Source: Azolla caroliniana (lineage: Eukaryota > Plantae > Polypodiophyta). From it: 64,000 nucleotides of DNA. Shown one piece after another: positions 38,031 through 49,805 of the stretch. The stretch covers positions 8,680,001 to 8,744,000 of the forward strand of contig JBHGNT010000018.1 of assembly GCA_043228905.1 (NCBI GenBank). Direction: 5' to 3'. A program made the translations under genes and the position numbers. The notes beneath the pieces were generated by a model. It did not search any database. It saw only the letters and a program-made list of their open reading frames with translations, and was not told where the DNA came from. Each line of letters begins with the position of its first letter. The first letter of the stretch is position 1.

Positions 38031-40772
38031 GTCGAACTCAAAGACAAAATCATCAAAGACAGAGCCGAGTCGACAAAGACCAACAAAGGCAGAGTCAACA
38101 AGAGACAAGTTCGAAAAGAGTCGACAACAACTGCAGGGGAGGACGAACAAACACCGCCAAAATCCTAGAACGGGGTCGGGACTTCGAACAAGACTCCTGA
38201 CAGACATGGTTCAACAAAAACCGATCGTCAAACTGAACCGATCGAAGAATCTGAACAAAATAATTTGGCACCTAGGAGATTTGGACGAGCTCGACGGCAA
38301 ACAGAGTTCTATCAACCGGGCCTTGACTACTTCAACTACACAGATGCAGGTGAACCAAGCACGTATGACAAAGCTATGGCCGCACCAGACGCCGACACAT
38401 GGCTACAAGCCATGAAATCCGAAATGGACTTGATTCATCAAAATCAAACATGGGAGTTGGTCGAACTACCAGCAGGAAGAAAGCCGCTACCCTACAAATG
38501 GGTATTCCGATACAAATATGTATCTGACTCGGAGAAACCCAAATACAGAGCTCGACTTGTCGCAAAAGGATTCAAGCAAGAATACGAGGTCGATTACGAC
38601 GAGATATTCTCACCAGTAGTCACGATGACCACCCTTCGACTCCTACTAGGAGTTGTTGCGACAGAAGACCTAGAGCTCGAGCAGATGGACGTAAAGACGG
38701 CATTCCTACATGGAGATCTGGAAGAGGATATATACATGTCTCAACCGGCAGGCTTCACGGCGATGGGGGAGGACAATCACCTTGTATGCTGACTGAAGAA
38801 AAGTCTATATGGCCTCAAACAAGCGTCGAGGATGTGGTACCAGAAGTCTGACTCCTATATAAGGCAGCTTGGATACAACAGATCAAACTCTGACCCATGC
38901 ATGTATGTTCGGCAACTGGCCGACGAGTCCAGGATCTATTTGATCCTATACGTCGATGACATGCTGATTACAGGAAGCAATCAAGCAGAGATCGGTAAAC
39001 TCAAGCGGAGCCTTCACGCAAAGTTTGCGATGAAGGAACTAGGACAAGCCCGACACATACTAGGCATGAGGATAGAGTGAAATCGGACGAACAAGACTAG
39101 ACTCTAACTCTCACAGTCCGACTATATCCGCAAAGTGCTGAAGTGCTTCAACATGGAGAGTACGAAGCCAGTACTAACACCGCTTCCAACGTCCATCAGA
39201 CTATCGGACAAAGACTCTCCTGCTATAGACAAGGAGAGAGAGCTTAATGGAAAGATACCCTACGCATCGGCAATAGGAAGTATCATGTACGCAATGGTGG
39301 CGACCCGACCCAACCTAGCTTATGCCGTAGGGGTGGTTAGCCAGTACATGTCAAACCCAGGAAAGAAGCATTGGGAGGCCGTCAAGCACATCCTAAGGTA
39401 TCTGAAAGGATCCTTGGATGCACGGCTGACTTTCAAATTGACAACCTCGACCAAAGTCGAAGGCTACACCGATTCTGACTACGCTGGTAACACAGACAAT
39501 CGGAAATCAACGTCAGGCTACAATTTCATCTATGGTGGCGGTGCGATATCATGGAGGTTGAAACTTCAAGAGTGCACGGCTCTGTCTACCACAGAGGCCG
39601 AGTACATAGTAGCATCGGAAGCAGCGAAGGAAGCGATCTGGCTGCACCAACTATCTGCAGATTTCGGAACCAAGAGCCGAACTGACCGACCAACGTCGAC
39701 CATCCATTGTGACTCACAAAGCGCAATACACCTCATCAACAATCCCATCAATCATGCGAAGACGAAGCACATTGAGGTGCGGTATCATCATATCCGGGAG
39801 CTCGTGACAAAGAAGAAACTCGAAGTCCGGAAGATCGACACTGAGGTGAACATCACTGATTGCCTGACAAAGCCACTCCCAGATCAACGCTTCAGAGCAC
39901 TAAGGACGAAGATGGGACTACGACAAGCGACCGAACAGAAGAAAGCCGAACGGGGAGCAGAAGGTAAAAACTGATTGATGATCATATCACGCCTTTGCCG
40001 ACTCGGCTGCATGCCGACAAACTTGTAAATATTAAATCTAGGTAAATTTGTAATCTAGGTTTACGGGGGAGATAAACCCCAAAACATTTGTATATACTAA
40101 AAAGAGTAGTCCTTTTACAGGGGAGTTTGTTGGTATAAAAGGCCGACTCCTTCCAAGTTGTATCCATCCGAGTGTGAACTCGTTAATAAGTTAGGGCTTA
40201 GTATATAAGCGAAGACCTAACATTGTAATAGATGACGAAGAGCATTGTAATCTCTGAGTGAGAAACGCGTTGTGAATAATCGAGAAGCTTTCCATTAGAG
40301 CTCAGATCTATGTAAGTCTCAAATCTGTCATATTTCTTGTTTTGTCCATACGTTGTCTGTTGTACACAGTCGTAAGATCTATACGCTTCCGCATAAACGT
40401 AAGAACATCAACACTAAGGTGATGTCATCTAGGAGTCCATTGAACCTAGCCACATTTGCAAGAATGACGCTCATTGTTTCCTTTATTAAAATTGTCTTAT
40501 TATTACAAGAAACAAAATATATGGGCCATCTTTGTAAGAGGCCCACTATAACTAACGTAAAGTGAACCCTATTGACTAATGGCAAGTCTATGATGAAATC
40601 GACTCAAATGGAGCCTAAATGATTATTTGTGGTCAAAAGAGGCTAATGAAGATGGTGGGGCACCTTTGAGTGAGTACATATGATATGTCTTTACCAATTC
40701 GTTAACTAACTTCCATTGTTGCAACCATCGATAGTTTTGTAATACTAGTTCCAAAATGTTTTAAGAGCCTGT

Positions 40773-41670
40773 TCTCATGATGTGGTGTGGCTGAAGGTGG
40801 AAAGTGGAAAGTGGATAAAAAGAGGGTCTAGCCACAACTACAAGAAAATATGTATATACGAAAATGTATATAGTTAGAGCCATTGACTAAGTACAAGAGG
40901 GGCAAAGTTTGAATCTCTATTAGCACGCATAATGGAATTATTCCCTTCAATGTTTTCAAAGCAAAAGGGAATAAACGCATTTGATGCCGAAAATAGGCAC
41001 CTCCTCTATAAAAAAGGAGAAGAGAGCTTATTTGGGGTTGCTCATTTTGTGTTTCAAGAGTGCACCATTAGGGTTTTATGAGATTGTTCTTAATCTTCTA
41101 CCTCTCCACTAACTTGCGATTTCAGGGTTTCTTCTTCTTTGGACTTTAGGGTTTCCTTCTTCTTCTCCTCGACATACTTGTGGTTTTAGGGTTTATTTTC
41201 CCCCTTCTTCGTGAGTATTAGGAATTCTTCTTCTTCTTCTCAAGCTTATCTTCAGACCGATTTTCTATCAATCACCATTACGTGTTGGCAACTTCAAGAA
41301 GGGGTTCAACAAACTCACGCAGTGACTAGTTGTGAAAGGGCAGCACAACGTGACCAAAGAACCCTACATCAACCCGAAGGTCATTGCCGATCAATGTAGG
41401 TGAGGTCTCGGCAACCAACTTGACTCGCAACTTCACGAAAACTCAATCCCCTCCCCAACATTCATTTCCATTTTATGCTTAGTGGTCTTCTTGTATCTAC
41501 CACCGTTGTACTCACTTGTTGGTCATTTTGTAACCATTAATGTATAAAAGTGAATCTAGCATCTAATTCTTAGTATGAGACCATTTTAGTCTTAATCTCA
41601 TGTACTTACGTTAAAATCTTGTGCGTTAAGCCTAATCTTTTGTGTTACTCGCTCCCAAACCCTCATGAAA
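40773..41670 (+). mobile_element. Degraded LTR related to the 19903 solo LTR
   Basis: Starts tctcatgatgtggtgtg (compare tgtcatgatgtggcgtg), shares gcaccattagggttt, has a TATA at ~41007 and ends tcatgaaa. No TSD found. Confidence 0.55.
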
Positions 41671-43621
41671 AATAGCAGAAGAGGAAAGAAACTCGTTGAG
41701 GCCGAACATTTGAGTCCTTTAAGCTCACCTCCTCTATTGTGGGGTAGGTCTCCTTAACATACACACAGACAAACACAATACATCCTCTATTGTGGGATAG
41801 GTCTCCTTAACATACACATCGACACACACAATACATATTCGTGATTAGTATTAGGGTTTATCATATGCACACACATAATAATTAACACAAAAATTAATTA
41901 TGAAAATCACGAATGGATATCTTTAAAAAGAAACAATGACATATCACATACATACGTACATACACCTACACACATACATGCATGCATGCATAAATACACA
42001 TGCATCTAATTACAACACTCCTTATTGGCATTTTCAACCTCCGAAATGGTTGTTTCCCCTGCCGATCACATAGAGTTTAAAATCTTGTAAAATGTTTACA
42101 CTAATGACATGATATCTTCTTCTTCTTCTTTTTTAAATACACATGCATACATACACACACATACACTACAAACATATACACATACATATATTTTAGGTCG
42201 AATTCATTTTTATTCATCAAAACAATTCATATATAGCATTGCATGATCATAATGTGCGATACACTAGTTGTGAACTAAACAATAGGAATGACTTATTGCT
42301 TGATGGGACAATCATTAAGGCACCTAAACAAGTAGCTTATATGCCATCAACTATGGGATGAATGAATTTCTTATGGGTAGAAGATTCTCTTGAATACAAA
42401 CTAGAGAGGTGACCACAAAATGGAACATTCCGTCCTAAATCTCCTTTGAAGTTCACTCTGTTTTAGGTACTATTTCTCCTTTAGTTAATGGGTTATCACA
42501 TGTGTACATAAATATAGACACATATACATACATACACATTCCAGGCATACAAACATACACAACAAACACATACATTAACATTTACTACAACACACGTTCA
42601 TTCATACATACACATATAGATTCATGCATATGCACACATATATTGATTCATGCATACATGCACATTCATACAATTATTTATTCATACACATGCATTCATA
42701 CAATCAATCAAGAGTATCATTTATTCATACACATACATGCATGCATTCATGATGGTGTTGGCATATACAAAGGATGGCATTCAAACACACATGGCCCTCT
42801 TACAAATGTTGGAGTTCTCTCAACAACAAGCAATTTTACATGTGTTCAAATTCAGATGTTCTATTCAATGACTTCAATATATGTGTATATTGCTCGCACA
42901 TGCTTTCTGGACCTTATTCATGTATGGTATGCATGATTAAGTGTTCGTTACTCTCTTTCATGCAAACAAAAACGAGAATTTCCATTCATCATCGCTAATG
43001 AGAGTTTTTTATCATCTTAACCAAGTTGGGAACTACAAAATTTGGAGAGATAAATGTTGATTTTATAGAGATACACATTAACAATCATAAACCTACATTC
43101 CCATCTAATTGTTGCAGCTTAATAGATTGACAAGATCAATTCTACTAGTAGAGGTTTGTTTCTTGATCTGTTTTATAAAACACACGTTACCTCTATGTGA
43201 AATTGATGAGATATTAGAGATTTTATTGTTTCCGTGTTTAGGCCATCCAAATATTGGAGAATTTCTAGACTGATGAGATTGCAAAAATGAGGTTGGCTTC
43301 ATCTTAGATCTTAGATTAGAGGATTCAGGTCGAATAAGACCAATGAATTGGTCAAGTGAGTCTTCTGCATCCAAATGCGAATCAATTCATCACCGTATGA
43401 TCCCGCATTGTATAGTGGTGAGGAATCATCACAATCGTGCTCACCAACTTATGTACATATAATTAGTTTTTAATCCCCAACTTATTGTAATGACACTTTT
43501 TTTTAATATTCAAATTACTTCAATCATTTATATATCATTTTTGGACATGTTAAAATTTTCATGTAATTACACTTACCAACATGGTCTATTGTAAGTTGAG
43601 TGAGACCGGGACCGAGAAGAC

Positions 43622-43624
<3 letters not shown>

Positions 43625-43675
<51 letters not shown>
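43625..43675. repeat. (GA)n microsatellite
   Basis: Direct observation. Other GA/CT tracts at ~1911, 7509, 23118, 44173 and 47275. Confidence 0.95.
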
Positions 43676-43677
<2 letters not shown>

Positions 43678-44849
43678 CATGGGTAATTCCTTTTTTTGCA
43701 CTATTCAAATGGAAGATAATACTCATCGATTTATAAATGTCCGATTGCTTGTTAGATTTGGGGTTACATTTCTCAAATTTGGCAAGTCTTATCATGGTGT
43801 TATTTGACACCTAGACAGTGGGTGTTTGCACAATTTACACAGGTTGACCCAAAATCGGAGATGGAGATCGTTTTTCTATTTCTAAGATATTGGAATTGCG
43901 TCATAATTGGAATATATGCAACGCTTTTGTATTCGATGGTAGACATGGAGTGAAAGCATATCTACGAAAGTTGAAGAGAGTACTAATGTGGCAATTTTCT
44001 TTATTGGAGCAAGTGGAAATTCTTTCCTCAATGGAGTGTTCGTCTTGCCTATTGGCAATTCAACATGTTTCACTACCCATGTAGTGTAGTTAGTGGGTGA
44101 CCATACTCCATTGTCACACCCATTGTAAGTAGTGTTTTTTACACATATTTATTAATATAATTGTGTGTTTTCAGAGAGAGAGAGAGAGAGAGAGCACGGG
44201 CGAGAGAATGTCATGAAGGTCTTTATTTATGGGCTAGAACATAACTATTTTAGGGCATCACTCAATACCTCAATGTGTGGATAAGGATGCGTGGATAATT
44301 GTATTGCTAAAACGATGTATTTTGCAACGACTTTTGTCATCACTAGCACCCCCTTTAAGTTGTAGTGTTAGGGCACATGGTGTCCAAAAGGTATATCCAT
44401 AGATGAAGCCAAGTTGAAACATGCCCCCATCAACAATGGAAAATCAACTCCAAGGGTTTATGGGTTATGCTAGGTATTATTGGAGGTTCACACTCATTAT
44501 TATTATCTTGTGCAATTACATGTATACACTCACATAAATACCTATGCCCGCATAGAATTAAACCCAATATAATCACACAAATACGGGAAACATGAGTGCA
44601 CATGTTCCAATCATGCACACACTACATTATTATTACATGAACGCTCACTTAAAAAAATTGAATATCTTGCACATCTATATATTCATTCCATAGCACAATT
44701 TCTTCAAATGAGATTAGATTTTCCCACACACCGAAAGTGTGCACCTAAATATACCACCACATATGACTTTTGGGAGATCAAATGGATTTCTCATATCGTG
44801 TTCAATTTGTAATGTGTTTTGGGGGTCATAGTGTAGTTACGATTACAAC

Positions 44850-45435
44850 TTACAAATAAAGTGGTGTGTTGATCAATAACATTGTAATGTTGACATACAA
44901 GAGATAATGCTTATCACGAGATCTATACTTTCTCACATTGATAACTCTCAATTCCTAGAATTAGATAATTGTCGATGAAGGTACACAAAGATATTCTTAG
45001 AGATGTTGGGTTCACAATTTCCATATCCTATAATAGGTCTACTTATGTTAATTCTCAGTGTAGGAAAGTTTAGGGATGAGTTTACATTGACACAAATAAA
45101 GTGGTGTGTTGAGCAATAGCATTGTAGTGTTGACATACAAGAGATAATGCTTATCACGAGATCTTTACTTTCTCACATTGATCACTTTCAATTCCCAGAA
45201 TTAGATAATTGTCGATGAAGGTACACAAAGATATTCTTAATGCTTATCACGAGATCTATACTTTCTCATGTTGATCACTCTCAATTCCCAAAATTAGATA
45301 ATTGTCGATGAAGGTACACAAAGATATTCTTAGAGATGTTGGGAGATGTCGGGTTCACAATTTCCATATCCTATAATAGGTCTACTTATGTTTATTCTCA
45401 AAGTAGGAAAGTTTAGGGCTGAGTTTACATTGACG
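44850..45435. repeat. Local tandem duplication of a ~240-bp unit with a partial third copy
   Basis: acaaataaagtggtgtgttga occurs twice and aattagataattgtcgatgaaggtacacaaagatattctt three times. Confidence 0.85.
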
Positions 45436-47293
45436 TAATCCATTGTTCTTCATTTGAATATCGAGATTCCATATCGGTTACCTTTACTTTGAACAACCTA
45501 GGTGGATGCAAAGCCAACAATCATCATTTACAAAACTAAATATCCCTCTCCTCAATGCTCTCATTGTCCTCAATATGACATCTACAACCCTACATAAACA
45601 TAGAAACCATATCCACAAGAAGTACAAGAATGCACTCACAATGTCAATAAAACCACGAATACGCGTATACATGTGGTATTGTTTAGTAAATTGAGAAAAT
45701 CAAATAATAATGATCATGTTGCATGTGTGATATCAAATAGAAAACTTAATTTATAAGTTTACTATAGTAAAGGAGCAAAGAGAACTAAAACTAAGTCTAA
45801 CAAAGATACGGTGCTAGAGCCTAGAAACTTGGTGGAGGGATTTTAGATATCTACTTGAACAAATTAATAATGATCTTGTTGCATGTGTTTTGTTCATGTT
45901 GCACGCAATGTATAAGCGTAATTTGTAAGTTTCGAATATTAAAGAGAGGGGGGGAAGAGAGCTATTATAACAAAGATTTTGTGCCAAAAACTCGATGAAA
46001 TCTAGATTATCTACTTGTCAGTGGGGAGTACTTTTCACCTCATTGTCCATGTTTAATGTCTTCAAATTGAGGAACTCTATCCATCTAAATGCAAAAGAAA
46101 ACTCGAAACATAATCATGAAATTTACCCAAAGAGCAATGGACTAGAAAATTCAATATTTAAGAAACACTTGGTGGTGTGTCCCTCAAGCTTGGAGGTGAA
46201 AAGGGGCACCATAAATATGGTGCACTAAATGTGAAGTTTGAAAATGTTTCTCACTCATATGCCAACTCAAAGTTGATGTTGCAAAAACCTCCAATAGTCT
46301 AGAGGCAAGCACCCATACAATACAAGGAGCATACTATGGAAACAAAGGAATGCACACTACGGGGGCGAGCAATGCCAATATAGAGTGCGAGGAGTGATAT
46401 TGGCCATAATGACTAGAGAGGCGTTGTAATGTCTTTTCAATGGGAATGACTTGTGTGCATGAGCATGGGTGCACACACACACACACACACACACACATAC
46501 CAAAATTTGTATGGAAATGATAAATGCATCATAGGATTTATAAGCAACACACAATACTTTGATAAGGAAAACCCTTTAACCCTAACGACTAATGTTACCC
46601 CCATAATAACAATGTTATGAGTAACTATTCGTCTACCACTACAAATATCACCAACAACTTCATACTCACAAAGTTCTTCTTATGCATCGATTATGAGAGG
46701 ACATCTTCAGGTAGAATGAACGTCCAAAATCATGAACTATGTAACAATTGACATGGTAGACACACGCCGATTGGTGACAACGTAAATAAATTATAAGAGG
46801 AATATATGTAACTGTATGGAAGGTGTGACAAAAGCTCACTCGACTACACACATATAGCTGTATAGCATATTATGATGATAATATGAATGAACCCAATAAT
46901 TGATCTTAAATAAGGGTATCTATTTAGGGTAATGTTTCCCATTTAAGTTCTTTAATAAATAATTAGATAAACAATGAGATTTTTTAAAAACATTTTGTGA
47001 TTTGAGGAATATATGGTCAATAAATAAATAAGTAAGAAACGTAAATGTAGAGCAGTTTATTATTATTATTTTCCCTAATAATTTCATGCGCTTTTTTTTG
47101 AATAAGAAAAAATACTCATAAAGTCTCAATAGTTTATACAGTATACTTATTGAAGGGATTGGAGGTGGCGGCGGTTTCGAAGATTTGAAATACGAAACTA
47201 CTAAATATAGGTGGTTTTCAGTACGGGGAAAAAACCTCTCTAAAGTCCTATACTTTTTGGCTCAATCAAAACCTCTGTCTCTCTGTCTCTCTG

Positions 47294-47324
<31 letters not shown>

Positions 47325-48727
47325 TTTGTTGTATGTGTATGTGAAGGTTCATAATTGACTTCCTAGATGGGTGGTTCACCTTATGGTGTTTGAGTTTGAT
47401 CGATTGTCACTTGTGTACTCCCTTGTTTGAATTTGGCAAAACCTCTGTTCACATTTCATGGAACAAATTGCACCTTGGAACGATTGTTAGGTGAGGTACT
47501 AGGACATTCCCACCACATCTTTGCGTTCGTTATGACCTTTGCAACACTTGTCTTGTGCCTCAGTGTGTATGTTCTCCTTTGGATGTGGGTGATCCCCTTG
47601 GAGAAGTATGAAAATATAGCTATTAATGTGCTATGGATGCATGCATGTACAATCAATCAATTCACACATGCCTTTCAAACATCTCCCATTCATGTCGACA
47701 TTCAAGATTCCGCACAATTTAAGAGCTCAAATGATACATGAGATCCCCCCCCCCCTAAAAGAACATGTACAAAATACACAGTCATTAATAGCGATGGTGA
47801 TGTTGAGTTTTACATTTTGTGATTAGGGTTGACAATGCTTGCACAAATTGTAATTTAGAAGAGGTCACGCTATCATGAAAAATAACAGATGATCCCATGA
47901 TTTTGTTTCATTCCAACTAGGGAACCATGATGTTTGTTGTTCGGATTAGTTAAATCAGTGATAAGCAAAACCGAAGAAGCTCTAGGATGCGCAACCATAT
48001 TTGCGTAAGTTCCATGGCCATGCAAGTGGTCAATAGTGTAATGGATGAGGATGCACAAGAAACTAGCAAGGAAGAAGCATCGAATTCTCTCCTATCACCG
48101 GTTATGGACCCGCTATACATAACACCTTTCTTTTGTTATGGTTTATGAGAGCTGAGAGTCGTAAGGGACAACCCCACATCAGCATTCTATGAATTCTTGG
48201 ACACTTACGCTATGCTAGGGGGGCCAAGAGGGAGGGGGGGGGGGGGAGAATTAATAAACCCATATTGCATACATACAAACAGTCCTTGGCATAGGACAAA
48301 TGTTTCTTGTTTGTATGCAACAATAACTAACTAAAACTTGGTTATGAGAACAATAAAATGATTTTGATTGCTAAACTTTAGGTCTAAAATTAGACTGCAA
48401 TTTCCAAAGGGTCAAGAGTTAAAGATTAAACAAGAAAAAGAGAGAGGTTAGAATCAAATCAAAATACAAATTTGACTAAATTTCATAACATAAAGAACAA
48501 AAAAAGGACCCATTTACAAAAAATATTAATGCAATCAATCTCTTAAAAGTTTGAAAAGGAACAGAAGAAGAAAAAAAGGAGTTCAAATATGGTATTGGAA
48601 ATTTACGAGAATGCCCCTCGCCCCCCCCCCCCCGCCTGAACTTTATTGAATAAATTGCAAAACAAAATTCGTCGTTTTTTTGTTTTCCAAAAAGAAGAGG
48701 GGGCGGGGGGGGGGGGGGGATTCGGGA

Positions 48728-48770
48728 TGACGTGGCGATGACGTGGAGTGTGACGTGGCGGCGACGTGGC
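48728..48770 (+). promoter_or_regulatory. Cluster of four GACGTGG(C) bZIP/ABRE-type boxes upstream of the HNH-like gene
   Basis: tgacgtggc 48728, tgacgtgga 48739, tgacgtggc 48751, cgacgtggc 48762, followed by a CT-rich leader and a donor site after ~49258. Confidence 0.65.
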
Positions 48771-49805
48771 GGGGGGGAAAACCCGCGAGCAAGATCAGAG
48801 GAGTTGGGTTTGAGAAACTCCAAACGAGTAGTAACGGGCGGTTTTCAAACGAAGCGGTTTTCGGAGGCGGTTTCGGGAGCCGGCGGGAAAACCGGCGGTT
48901 TCTGCCGGGACTCAGACAGTCGTTTTGGGGAGAGAGAATCTTCACAGAGATTCCTTCCGAAGAAAGAAGAAATAATAAAGCAGGAAAGACAGAGAGAAGC
49001 GAGCTCTTCATCTTCCCATCTTCATCAGTTTCTCTGTCTCTGGTTCTGTTTCTCGAAAATCTCGATCTTCCTCTTCCATAGCTAACTCTCAGAAAACCTC
49101 CTCTGCAAGCCATGCTTCCCTCTGATCGCAAATTAGAGAACTCCATTGATCCTTTGCTGGGCTACCCCCCTGCTTTTGCAAGCCTCTGCTCTCACTCCCT
49201 CTTCTCTCCCTCATCCTCCCACTCTTCCTTCCTTCCTTACCAACTCTCCCCCAAGCAGGTAAAACCTTTTGTAAATTAATCTCCATTAATTACCTCCGTC
49301 GTTAATCATTCATCCATTACCACCTTGTCAGTGTAATTTCCTGAGTTTGTACTGATCTCGCCCATTTTCATTGCATTCTATGTTTCTGAAAGATTTGTGG
49401 TCTGTTTACAAAGTCGAAGCGCTGTTCTGCTTATTCTTGCTTGTTTTTGGACTCTTCATTATACATTTAATCTGTTTTTTTTTCTTGCCTGTTGTTTTAA
49501 ATCTAATGTCTGGAAATGCTGTTATTCTCACCATAGATTGCTACTTGCAAAGGGCTGGACGCCCTGTTTCCAGCCATCACTCATGGTTCTGATAATGAAG
49601 AAACCATGGCATCTCTCAGAAGAAACCAGGGTGGATTCCTGTGGGCTCAACTCAATCATCTTGGGTAAGTGCTCAAATCATTGTGGGATCTTTTTAACTG
49701 CATTTGCTTGTCCATGCACATAAATGTATACCATACTATAGGCGATCTAATTTATCTGCACTGTTTTTTTTTTAATCATCAGAAATGCTGGCTTCGATCC
49801 TGCAG

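Larger units (their letters stand above)
31197..38386 (+). repeat. 359-bp direct duplication of Copia-2 sequence (31197-31555 and 38028-38386) flanking the Gypsy
   Basis: No difference seen between the copies; the ORF translations at 31198 and 38029 are identical up to KLWPH. Confidence 0.92.
27966..39974 (+). pseudogene. Copia-2 gag-pol (gag, protease, integrase, RT, RNase H), disrupted
   Basis: [72 protein letters not shown] and CDSQSAI motifs. Stops and a frameshift; interrupted at 29474 and 31556. Confidence 0.93.
27579..40413 (+). mobile_element. Full-length Ty1/Copia element (Copia-2): LTRs 27579-27864 and 40128-40413, TSD CTAAG, two nested insertions
   Basis: 286-bp TG...CA LTRs with 10 mismatches counted by eye. 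PBS TGGTATCAGAG at 27867, purine tract before 40128, CTAAG on both flanks. Confidence 0.96.

Noticed and set aside
36941-38200. Novel integrase C-terminal extension (RTQRQNHQRQ...)
   Set aside because: Out-of-frame read-through into duplicated Copia sequence after 38028.
42502-42998. His/Ile/Tyr-rich ORFs
   Set aside because: Translation of CATA/CA low-complexity sequence.
48476-49286. Several ORFs over the GC-rich patch
   Set aside because: Better explained as promoter and 5' UTR of the downstream gene; no domain motifs.
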